Origin: an uncultured Nitrososphaeria archaeon
GTDB taxonomy: Archaea; Thermoproteota; Nitrososphaeria_A; Caldarchaeales; JAVZCJ01
DNA: 46,302 nucleotides
Direction: 5' to 3'
Assembly (NCBI GenBank): GCA_964532175.1
Contig: CAZHGP010000002.1
Span: forward strand, 18,908 to 65,209
Shown: piece by piece, positions 37,299 through 44,951 of the stretch
Layout: every line of letters begins with the position of its first letter
How positions within the stretch are numbered: position 1 is the first letter of the stretch
Translations under genes and position numbers: made by a program
Notes under the pieces: generated by a model
The model's input: only the letters and a program-made list of their open reading frames with translations
What the model was told of the DNA's origin: nothing
Databases searched by the model: none

Positions 37299-38609
37299 AT
37301 GAATAGAATTGAAGAAGTTTTAATTAAACTACAATCTATTATTAATTATTTAAAAAAGCATTATAAAATTCGTAATAAGAAAATATTCATTGGCTATTCT
37401 AAAGAAGAAGAGCCTATTAAGAAATTGATATCAAAAATTTCTTTTTATTTATCTATAAATAATATAATTCCAATAATATCTTTAAGACCTACACCTATCC
37501 CAATTATAGCTCATCAAATTTTCTTAAAAAGATACATAGGAGGATTATTGGTTTATAAAGATAAAAATGATAATTATGAAATATTTTTTCTCCCAGAATA
37601 TGCTGGCCCTCCTAAACCTGACATAATTCATGAAATTAATAATCAATCTCCTATTAGTATTCATTCTAATAAGAGAACTAAAAGACTTAAGAAAAGGAAA
37701 ATTCATAAAATAGATCCAATTGATGAATATATCAAATTTTTATTAAATTCTGTTAATAAGGAGAAATTTAAAAGAGCTGGATTAAGAATAATGCTTAATT
37801 ATATTGATGAATCACTTTATGGTTATCTTGATGAGATATTATTGGAATTAGGATGTGATATTTTTATAATAAAGAATATTTCACATAATGATTTTTATTT
37901 AAAAATGAAAGATATGATTAAAAAAGGTAATAGATTTGACATAGGACTTACTATAAAGAATAATGGTGAATTATTAATGGCTTATGATGAAAAATGTGAA
38001 AATATAAAAATGAATGAATTGTTTTCGATACTTTACCATTATTTTATTAATAATAAGAAATTGGGGAATGTTGCTAGAACTCCTGCTTCTACACATTTAG
38101 TTGATGCAATAGCTATAAAACATGGATGTAATTCAATAGAAGTGAATGGAGGATTTGAAGAAATTAGTGAAATTTTACTTAATAATCTAGCTGTATTTGG
38201 AGGAGATGAGGAAGGAGGATTTTCTTCATGTTATCATATTCCTATAAGAGATGCTATGTATTCTTCTTTAATATTAATTGAAGCTTTATGTGATCATAAA
38301 TTGTCTGAGCTTTGTAAAATTATTAAAGAGAAATATGGAATGACTTATTGGAGAAAACGTGTAATCAAATCAAATTTAGAAATGAATGATATTTTTGAAA
38401 AAATAAATAAAATAAAAGAATTATATGATTTAAGAATAAAAAACATTAAGAAATTTCCTAATGGTTTTAAAATAATTCTTGAAGAAGATAATTGGATTTT
38501 TTTAATGAAAAATGAGAAGTTTGGATTAATAAAAATTTTTGGCGAATCTTATTCTCAAAAAATTATTAAAGAAATTATGAATGAAATTATTGAATATATT
38601 AAAAATTAA
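37299..38609 (+). CDS. Phosphoglucomutase/phosphomannomutase-fold paralog lacking the catalytic motifs
   Basis: Collinear with archaeal PGM/PMM: RPTPIPIIA, then GGDEEGGF...IRDAMYS at the sugar-binding loop. However, TASHNP is replaced by VYKDKND, DGDADR by KNNGEL, and RASGTEP by KNEKFGL. Confidence 0.6.
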   Translation: MNRIEEVLIKLQSIINYLKKHYKIRNKKIFIGYSKEEEPIKKLISKISFYLSINNIIPIISLRPTPIPIIAHQIFLKRYIGGLLVYKDKNDNYEIFFLPEYAGPPKPDIIHEINNQSPISIHSNKRTKRLKKRKIHKIDPIDEYIKFLLNSVNKEKFKRAGLRIMLNYIDESLYGYLDEILLELGCDIFIIKNISHNDFYLKMKDMIKKGNRFDIGLTIKNNGELLMAYDEKCENIKMNELFSILYHYFINNKKLGNVARTPASTHLVDAIAIKHGCNSIEVNGGFEEISEILLNNLAVFGGDEEGGFSSCYHIPIRDAMYSSLILIEALCDHKLSELCKIIKEKYGMTYWRKRVIKSNLEMNDIFEKINKIKELYDLRIKNIKKFPNGFKIILEEDNWIFLMKNEKFGLIKIFGESYSQKIIKEIMNEIIEYIKN

Positions 38610-38622
38610 GAAGGTGCTTTTT

Positions 38623-39300
38623 ATGAAAAAAATTTTAGGAATAGATGAGGCTGGTAGAAAATAGCAATTATATTGCTATTTGTCAAAAGGGCCAGTAATA
38701 GGACCTATGGTAGTATGTGGCTTCTTAATTGAAGAGAGTAAAATAGAAAAATTAAAAGAAATTGGCGTTAAGGATTCAAAATTACTTTCATCTATTAAAA
38801 GAAAGAGAATAGCGTTAATATTAAAAAGAATTGCGAAAAATATTGTTTTAATAAAAATTTCTGCAAATGAAATTGATCGATTAAGGAAAAAAATTAATTT
38901 AAATGAAATAGAAATAAATAAAATTAGTGAAATAATAAACTCTCTTTCTCCAAATATTGTAATTATAGATTCTCCTGAAGTTAATACAAAAAAATTTATA
39001 AATAAAATAAAAAAGAAATTGAAAAATAAAAATATAAGAATAATTGCTGAAAATTATGCTGATAGAAAATATCCAATAGTTAGTGCTGCTTCAATATTAG
39101 CAAAAGTTGAAAGAGATAAAGAAATTGAAAAAATTAAAAAAAGAATTGGTTACGATTTTGGCTCTGGTTATGCTAGTGATAAAAAAACAATAAATTTTCT
39201 TAAATATTGGTTAAAGAATCATAAAGAACTTCCAAATTTTGTTAGAAAAAGTTGGATAACTGTAAAATTGTTGAGTAAAGAAAATATAAAAAGAAAATAA
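38623..39300 (+). CDS. rnhB: Ribonuclease HII, interrupted by a 30-nt insert (exon 1 38623-38657, exon 2 38688-39300 after predicted splicing)
   Basis: ATG at 38623 after SD aaggtg gives MKKILGIDEAGRK, then TAG at 38662. The same frame resumes as ...GPVIGPMVV...DSKLL...VSAASILAKVERD...GSGYASD...VRKSWIT. Removing 38658-38687 yields the canonical GIDEAGRGPVIGP. Confidence 0.8.
38658..38687 (+). other. Candidate bulge-helix-bulge (BHB) intron within the rnhB mRNA
   Basis: - 10-bp inner helix 38659-38668 / 38672-38681.
- 4-bp central helix 38652-38655 (UGGU) / 38682-38685 (GUCA).
- 3-nt bulges 38656-38658 (AGA) and 38686-38688 (AAA).
- Closing pair C38651-G38689. Confidence 0.6.
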
Positions 39301-39304
39301 GATT

Positions 39305-40675
39305 TTATCGTAGCATCATTTCTTCAAATTGTTTAAGCTCTTCAACTGATCTTTTTACATCAGAGAATAACTTTTCAACTTGAATTATATCTTCTGGTAA
39401 TACTTCTTTTCTATTATTAGATTTAGCTACTTGAAATGCAGGTGTTAATAATTGAACAGCATATCTGAGAGTTTTTGATACTCCTATTTCTGTTAATTTT
39501 TCAAGAGCTTCAGGAGTTAACTTAACGTTTTCTTCATTAGCTCTTATTTTTAATATTTCTTTAACTTCTTCTTTATTATAGGGTCTGGTAGTTATTATTA
39601 AAAGCCTATCTATTAAGTCTAATGGAAGACCATGCGGCGATATTATATCTGTGCCTCTAACTCTTGTAATCCCTCTATTGCTGGCTAATATTAATATTGG
39701 TGCTAACTCACTTTCCATTGCAGCATTTAAGAATGAGAATGCTTCTATATCAAGTAAATGTACTTCATCAATAAATAATACTCCAGGTATTATCTCTGCT
39801 GTTTGTTCTTCTACTCTACTCTTAACCATTTCATCAACTTCTTTCCTAATTTCAGGATCTATTTCTTTAGAAGGTGGTGCTCCAAAAAAGAATCCTAATA
39901 ATCCCCCTCTTGAAGATTGTGCTGTAAGTTGATCTAAATCATGTAATGTAAGAACATATACAAATTCTTTCTCTTTCTCTATAGTTCCTGAAGGTCTAGG
40001 AACTGGTTTTTCACTAGCTGTTGCTATTTCATATTTTTCAGAAGCTCTTTCCGATCTTCCAATTTTTATTACTCTACCACTTTCAGCATCGATTTGTATA
40101 ACATCTCCAATAGTTATCCCTTGCTGCAATATATAATTTGCTATTGTTGCTCCAGCTCTAAAAGTCTTGCTTTCATCTGTTGTTGTTAAAGTTATCGTTA
40201 CAGAATCTGGTACTTCTTGATAAGGATTATATGGATGTTTCCTAGTTTTTATATCCAATCCCGTTATTTCTCCTTCATAAACTCTCCTTTTTTCATGAAG
40301 TCTAACACCTATTGCTTTTCTTAAAGCTTGTGTTAAAACTTCCGTTTTCTTTAATTCACTTGAATATATTTCAGAACCACTTAAGCTTATGAAAGGTACA
40401 TCTTTTCCAAGTTCTCTTGCAATCGCAATAGCAATTGCTGTTTTTCCTGTTCCAGGTGGACCAGCAAGCAATATTGCTCTTCCAGCCATTTTCCCTTCTT
40501 TAATCATTCTAACAACTATTCCTGCAGCTTCTCTTGCTTCTATTTGACCAACAAGCCCATCTGCAACCATTTTTGCTTTTAATCCTTCTAAACCTAAACC
40601 TTTAACATGACTATGTGCTCCAACTCTAACAAATCTTTGTAATGGAACTAAGCTTTTAGAAGAATCAAGAGACAT
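39305..40675 (-). CDS. TIP49/RuvB-like AAA+ ATPase (RuvBL1/2 homolog)
   Basis: VGAHSHVKGLGL...GLVGQIEAREAAGIVV...MAGRAILLAGPPGTGKTAIAIAIA...KKTEVLTQALRKAIGVR...VYEGEI is near-collinear with eukaryotic RuvBL1. ATG at 40675 after SD aaggtga. Confidence 0.9.
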   Translation of the reverse strand: MSLDSSKSLVPLQRFVRVGAHSHVKGLGLEGLKAKMVADGLVGQIEAREAAGIVVRMIKEGKMAGRAILLAGPPGTGKTAIAIAIARELGKDVPFISLSGSEIYSSELKKTEVLTQALRKAIGVRLHEKRRVYEGEITGLDIKTRKHPYNPYQEVPDSVTITLTTTDESKTFRAGATIANYILQQGITIGDVIQIDAESGRVIKIGRSERASEKYEIATASEKPVPRPSGTIEKEKEFVYVLTLHDLDQLTAQSSRGGLLGFFFGAPPSKEIDPEIRKEVDEMVKSRVEEQTAEIIPGVLFIDEVHLLDIEAFSFLNAAMESELAPILILASNRGITRVRGTDIISPHGLPLDLIDRLLIITTRPYNKEEVKEILKIRANEENVKLTPEALEKLTEIGVSKTLRYAVQLLTPAFQVAKSNNRKEVLPEDIIQVEKLFSDVKRSVEELKQFEEMMLR

Positions 40676-40764
40676 AAAAATCACCTTTTATGTCTAAATA
40701 GATTTTTTAATAATATATTTTTCTAAAAATTCTAAAAAATTTAGGAGGTATAAAAATTTTTCTT

Positions 40765-41448
40765 TTAATATTTTCCTAATAGCATTATATGGTCTCTTTC
40801 ATATGGTTCTAGATTTATTTCTTCAATTATTTCAAAGCCATTTTTTATTAATATTTCTCTTTCTTTTTTAAATATTCTTGATGGTGCTTCTATAGAATCG
40901 ATGCTTCTTGCTTTTATTGCTATCATAATCCATCCACCTTTTTTAAGCATAGCATAAGCATTCTCTGATAATGGTTCTGCTTGTTTAGGTTGAGCTATAT
41001 CACAATAAATGAAATCTACTTCTCCAACTAAATGTTTATATAATGAAGGTTTTCTTGCATCTGAAAATATTGGTATAACGTTTTTCCTATATTTTGCAAC
41101 ATTTTTCTCAAATTGAATTAAAGCTTTTGGTGCAAAATCTATACCATAGAGTATTCCATTCTCGCCTATTATATCTGATACATGGCTTGAAGTAGTGCCA
41201 GTAGCTACACCTAAATAAAGTACTCTTGAACCATTTTTAATAGGTAAATTATTTAATCCATTTAAAATTGCTGCAGCAAGCTTACTTCTATATGGTATCC
41301 ATTCTCTATATTCTTCTCCTTCATATTCAAAAATTCTTTCTCCATAAACTCTTATTTTTCTAGCAAGATTTTTTGTAGCAAGTTTTCTTTCTTTATTTTC
41401 AATTATCCAATATATTCCATTAAATTTTTCATGAGGAATTATTTTCAT
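40765..41448 (-). CDS. flpA: Fibrillarin-like rRNA/tRNA 2'-O-methyltransferase
   Basis: SKLAAAILNG...VLYLGVATGTTSSHVSDI...DIAQP motifs; 4-nt gap after nop5. Confidence 0.9.
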   Translation of the reverse strand: MKIIPHEKFNGIYWIIENKERKLATKNLARKIRVYGERIFEYEGEEYREWIPYRSKLAAAILNGLNNLPIKNGSRVLYLGVATGTTSSHVSDIIGENGILYGIDFAPKALIQFEKNVAKYRKNVIPIFSDARKPSLYKHLVGEVDFIYCDIAQPKQAEPLSENAYAMLKKGGWIMIAIKARSIDSIEAPSRIFKKEREILIKNGFEIIEEINLEPYERDHIMLLGKY

Positions 41449-41452
41449 TTTT

Positions 41453-42619
41453 TCACCTTTTTTTCTTATGTTTTACTTCAGGCTTTGAATATTTTTGCTT
41501 TATTTCTTTAATCCTTTTTTCAAGTGCTTCTCTCAATTCGCTCCCTCTATATTCACCTGAAAAATAATCTATTTTAGCAGCAATAGAAATTTTTGCTGCT
41601 ATTGCACGTGCTATTTTTCCTCTTTGCCATTTTGGTGCAGTATGAATATATGGATGTTGGAAAATTACCCCATGCTTAGGAGCACCTTTTCTTGTTCTTA
41701 AAAATCTAAATAAAGCTTTTTCAGCTCCTATTATTTGAATAGTGCTTGCTGGGAGCATAGCTAATTTTTCTAATCCACCTGCCAGTGCAATTAATTTAGC
41801 TCCAAGAATTGGCCCAGTTACAGCTACAATATTTGGTGCTTCATATTCCATTAAGCTAGATATATAATCTTCCATTTTATTCCTTAAAGAAATTAATCTA
41901 AGCCCTTCTTCAGCTAAATTTCTAATTTGATCCTCATCCTCTTTATTTAATTCTATTCCAATAGATTTTTTTGCTGCATTAATTATTTCATTAAAATATT
42001 TATGCTTTCCAATTGTTTCTAAAAGTTTCTCCTCATTAATATTATTCCTTGAACCAATTTTACTAATTATTTTTAAATATTCTTCAGGTTCTTTTATAAA
42101 ATCTTGAAGTTCAGGAAAATGTATACCATACCATTCTCTACATCTTGTATAAATTAAATTAATTTGCTTATTTAAATCCTCAATTACATTTACTCCATGA
42201 ACAATCATTAAATCTCTTCTACTAACAGAAATTTTTAGTTTCTCTCTTAATAATTGAAGAGCAACTTCTTTTGCTAATTTCCTATATTCTTCACTATTCT
42301 TAAAAATATTATTTTTAATTAGAATATCCTCTATATTTTTTATTGAAATTGTTTTTATAAAGATTTCTTCTTTTAAAAAGCTTTTTAAAAGATTAGCAAG
42401 CCTTTCATCTTCAATAAATATTTTTTCATATTTTTCTTTCTTAAGAGATTCAAAGAATTTTTTAACATCATCTTCAATTATATTTTTATCTAATTTTATT
42501 AAAAAATCAACTATTTTTTCAATATTCCTATTATGTGGAAAAAAATCTATAACTTTCTCACTTTCTTCATCTATAGCTATTAAACCTAAGAATGTTATTA
42601 ATACATTTACATTAGGCAT
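41453..42619 (-). CDS. nop5: C/D box RNP core protein Nop5 (Nop56/58 homolog)
   Basis: NOP domain APNIVAVTGPILGAKLIALAGGLEKLAMLPASTIQIIGAEKALFR...PKHGVIFQHP. ATG at 42619; the track TTG is at 42634. Confidence 0.9.
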   Translation of the reverse strand: MPNVNVLITFLGLIAIDEESEKVIDFFPHNRNIEKIVDFLIKLDKNIIEDDVKKFFESLKKEKYEKIFIEDERLANLLKSFLKEEIFIKTISIKNIEDILIKNNIFKNSEEYRKLAKEVALQLLREKLKISVSRRDLMIVHGVNVIEDLNKQINLIYTRCREWYGIHFPELQDFIKEPEEYLKIISKIGSRNNINEEKLLETIGKHKYFNEIINAAKKSIGIELNKEDEDQIRNLAEEGLRLISLRNKMEDYISSLMEYEAPNIVAVTGPILGAKLIALAGGLEKLAMLPASTIQIIGAEKALFRFLRTRKGAPKHGVIFQHPYIHTAPKWQRGKIARAIAAKISIAAKIDYFSGEYRGSELREALEKRIKEIKQKYSKPEVKHKKKR

Positions 42620-42667
42620 AAAAATCAAAAGCAAAATAGATATTTTCTTATATAAAGTTTAATTTTT

Positions 42668-42838
42668 TTAACCAATTTCAGAGCCTTCGGTGGATTCTTT
42701 TGAAGCTAAAATTCTTTTAAAGTAATTACTCCTATTTCTTATACGTGGAATGGGGCTTCTGCGAGGTTTAGCTTCTAATTTAGGAGTAGCACTTCTCACT
42801 TTTCCAGCTTTTGTTATACTTCCATGACTAGGACACAT
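42668..42838 (-). CDS. rps30e: 30S ribosomal protein S30e (eS30); not in the ORF track
   Basis: Hand translation gives MCPSHGSITKAGKVRSATPKLEAKPRRSPIPRIRNRSNYFKRILASKESTEGSEIG. The HGSxTKAGKVRSxTPK signature is present. Confidence 0.85.
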   Translation of the reverse strand: MCPSHGSITKAGKVRSATPKLEAKPRRSPIPRIRNRSNYFKRILASKESTEGSEIG

Positions 42839-42902
42839 TTTTTATCCCCTTAATTTAGTATTTTATTATTTTAAGAATTTATTTATATACTTTTAATTAA
42901 TT

Positions 42903-42968
42903 TTTATCAGACTGCCCGTCGAGTATCATCGCTTTTAGCTCAACATGGATATTGCTCATCATCATATT
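42903..42968 (-). ncRNA. Box C/D sRNA (2'-O-methylation guide)
   Basis: Minus-strand read:
- C box AUGAUGA (42956-42962)
- 12-nt guide GCAAUAUCCAUG
- D' box UUGA (42940-42943)
- 7-nt spacer
- C' box GCGAUGA (42926-42932)
- guide UACUCGACGGGCAGU
- D box CUGA (42907-42910)
The element is a G+C-richer island in an AT-rich spacer. Confidence 0.6.
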
Positions 42969-43244
42969 ATAAAAAATAAAGAATTAATATAAAAAGTTTT
43001 ATAAAAGATATTTTTTAAAAACTCATTTTTCTTAAGAATTCAATAAAATCTAATAAAGCATCCTTTACATTCATTAATACAATAAATTATTAAGAAACTT
43101 TTTTAAAATTTTTATAAAAAAGCTTAAATAATTAGAAAAGCTCGATTTTTATTATTAGTTATTTAATTTATTTTGATTTTTAGAAAAATTAATGTAAAAA
43201 GTTTTTGAGAAAAACTTTATAGATAAGTTAGATAATATAAAATT

Positions 43245-44918
43245 ATGCCAGCTGTAGAGAATACGAGGATAATCTTTATTACAGGCGGAGTTTTATCTGG
43301 TTTAGGAAAAGGAATCACAGCAGCTTCAATAGGGAAAATTTTTCAATTTAGAGGATACAATGTTAAAATGGTGAAGATTGATAATTATTATAATGTAGAT
43401 CCTGGCGTCCTAAATCCCATTGAGCATGGTGAAGTCTTTGTGTGTGAGGAAGTGTGGGAGTATTCACCTTCAAAAAATTTTACTTTTAGAATCGCTGAGA
43501 TAGATGAAGATTTTGGACATTATGAAAGGTTCTTGAACATAAATATGCATCCATCTCAGAATATCACAGCTGGGCAAATATATTTAAAAATTCTTTTAGC
43601 AGAAAGAGAAGGAGTTTATTTAGGTAAAACTGTTCAAGCAATCCCTCACATTACAGATGAGATTAAGGGAAGGATATTTTCATGTATATCACAAGATACA
43701 GATATTCTAATTGTAGAACAAGGCGGTACTGTTGGAGATTTTGAAGCAATGTTATTCCTTGAAGCTATTAGGCAAATTAGGCTAGAAAAACCTCTACCTT
43801 ATACAGCTTTAGTGCATGTAGCTTTAGTTCCATTTTTAGAATCTGTAGGACAACTTAAAACTAAGCCTGCTCAACAAAGTGTTCGTATTTTACAAAGCTA
43901 TGGATTGCAACCAGATGTAATAATTGGTAGAAGCAATAGGCTACTTGATGAGGAATCAAAAAAGAAATTAGCATTATTTTGTAATGTTCCTTATGAAGCT
44001 GTTTTTTCAAATCCAGATTTGGAAATTACTTATAAATTACCTATAATATTTGAAGAGCAAGGTTTAGGAAAATATTTAATAAAAATACTTTCATTAAATC
44101 GCTATAATCCTATAGAAAAAGAATATAATGAATGGAATAAAATGTGTGATCTTTATGTTCATACTAAGTATAATTTAGATATTGCAATGCCAGGAAAATA
44201 TTGGCAAATATTAGATAGTTATATAAGCATGGTTGAAGCTCTTAAACATGCAGGAGCACATAATAGTGCTAAAATAAATATTAAGCTTATTGATACTGAA
44301 AAATATGAAAGCAATCCGGAAAAAGTAGAAGAACTAAATAATGTAGATGGCGTATTATTTACTCCTGGCTTTGGAAGTAGAGGAACTGAAGGAATGATAG
44401 AAGCTGCAAAATATATAATTAAAAACGATATTCCTTCATTAGCTATTTGTTTTGGTTGTCAAATATTATTCATTGCTTTTTGTAGAGAATTTTTAGGTCT
44501 TAAAGAAGCAAATTCAACAGAAATAAATCCAAATACTCCATATCCAGTCGTTGACCTTCTTCCAGAACAGAAAAAAGAAACATGGAAAGGCGGAACTATG
44601 AGATTAGGGGCTCATATTATAAAAGTTTTGCCTAATACAAAATTATATGAAGCTTATGGCTCAACTGAGATTAAAGAAAGGTTTAGACATAGATATCATT
44701 TAATTAAAGATTATATTGATAAAGCTTCTTCTTATGGATTAATTGTTTCAGGTACAAGTATTGATGGAAAAATAATTCAAGCAATAGAATTACCTGGTTA
44801 TTGGATTGTAGGTACTCAATTTCATCCAGAATTTAAAAGTAGGCCTAATTTTCCATCTCCTATATATAATGCATTTATTAAAGCAGTATTAAAATATAAA
44901 ATGTCTAAAAAAGATTAA
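43245..44918 (+). CDS. pyrG: CTP synthase
   Basis: IFITGGVLSGLGKGI, GHYERF, IPHITDEI, GGTVGD, and the glutaminase AICFGCQ...RHRYH...QFHPEF. Confidence 0.95.
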   Translation: MPAVENTRIIFITGGVLSGLGKGITAASIGKIFQFRGYNVKMVKIDNYYNVDPGVLNPIEHGEVFVCEEVWEYSPSKNFTFRIAEIDEDFGHYERFLNINMHPSQNITAGQIYLKILLAEREGVYLGKTVQAIPHITDEIKGRIFSCISQDTDILIVEQGGTVGDFEAMLFLEAIRQIRLEKPLPYTALVHVALVPFLESVGQLKTKPAQQSVRILQSYGLQPDVIIGRSNRLLDEESKKKLALFCNVPYEAVFSNPDLEITYKLPIIFEEQGLGKYLIKILSLNRYNPIEKEYNEWNKMCDLYVHTKYNLDIAMPGKYWQILDSYISMVEALKHAGAHNSAKINIKLIDTEKYESNPEKVEELNNVDGVLFTPGFGSRGTEGMIEAAKYIIKNDIPSLAICFGCQILFIAFCREFLGLKEANSTEINPNTPYPVVDLLPEQKKETWKGGTMRLGAHIIKVLPNTKLYEAYGSTEIKERFRHRYHLIKDYIDKASSYGLIVSGTSIDGKIIQAIELPGYWIVGTQFHPEFKSRPNFPSPIYNAFIKAVLKYKMSKKD

Positions 44919-44951
44919 TTAAAAGTTTTCTTTTTAAAAATAGGGAAAAAT

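Noticed and set aside
38662-38664. The in-frame TAG in rnhB might be read as pyrrolysine, or reflect stop-codon reassignment or read-through.
   Set aside because: TAG is used as the terminator of highly expressed genes in this same window (rpl23 at 3719-3721, rps8e at 24661-24663). Translating through it would also insert 10 residues into the middle of the catalytic GIDEAGRGP motif. The BHB fold explains the insert better.
16061-39932. Further shadow ORFs (16061..16327, 25563..25901, 26686..26871, 29009..29203, 30743..30964, 31813..32043, 36792..37226, 39651..39932).
   Set aside because: Same reasoning: they overlap strong genes (rpl14e, scpB/scpA, smc, pepQ, DUF373, THEP1, TIP49) and have no recognisable motifs.
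43198-43218. A 9-bp palindrome (AAAGTTTTT gag AAAAACTTT) about 30 nt upstream of pyrG might be an operator or attenuator.
   Set aside because: It is almost pure A/T with a single G-C pair. Such palindromes are expected by chance in a spacer this AT-rich, and no second copy was seen.
43434-43493. PyrG carries ~13 extra residues (CEEVWEYSPSKNFTF...) before the DxGHYERF loop, and GGUGAA/UUCACC could form a hairpin, which might indicate another intron.
   Set aside because: The insert is in frame with no stop. The 5' arm of the hairpin encodes the conserved HGEVFV residues, and no bulge-helix-bulge geometry is present. It is most likely just a lineage-specific loop insertion.
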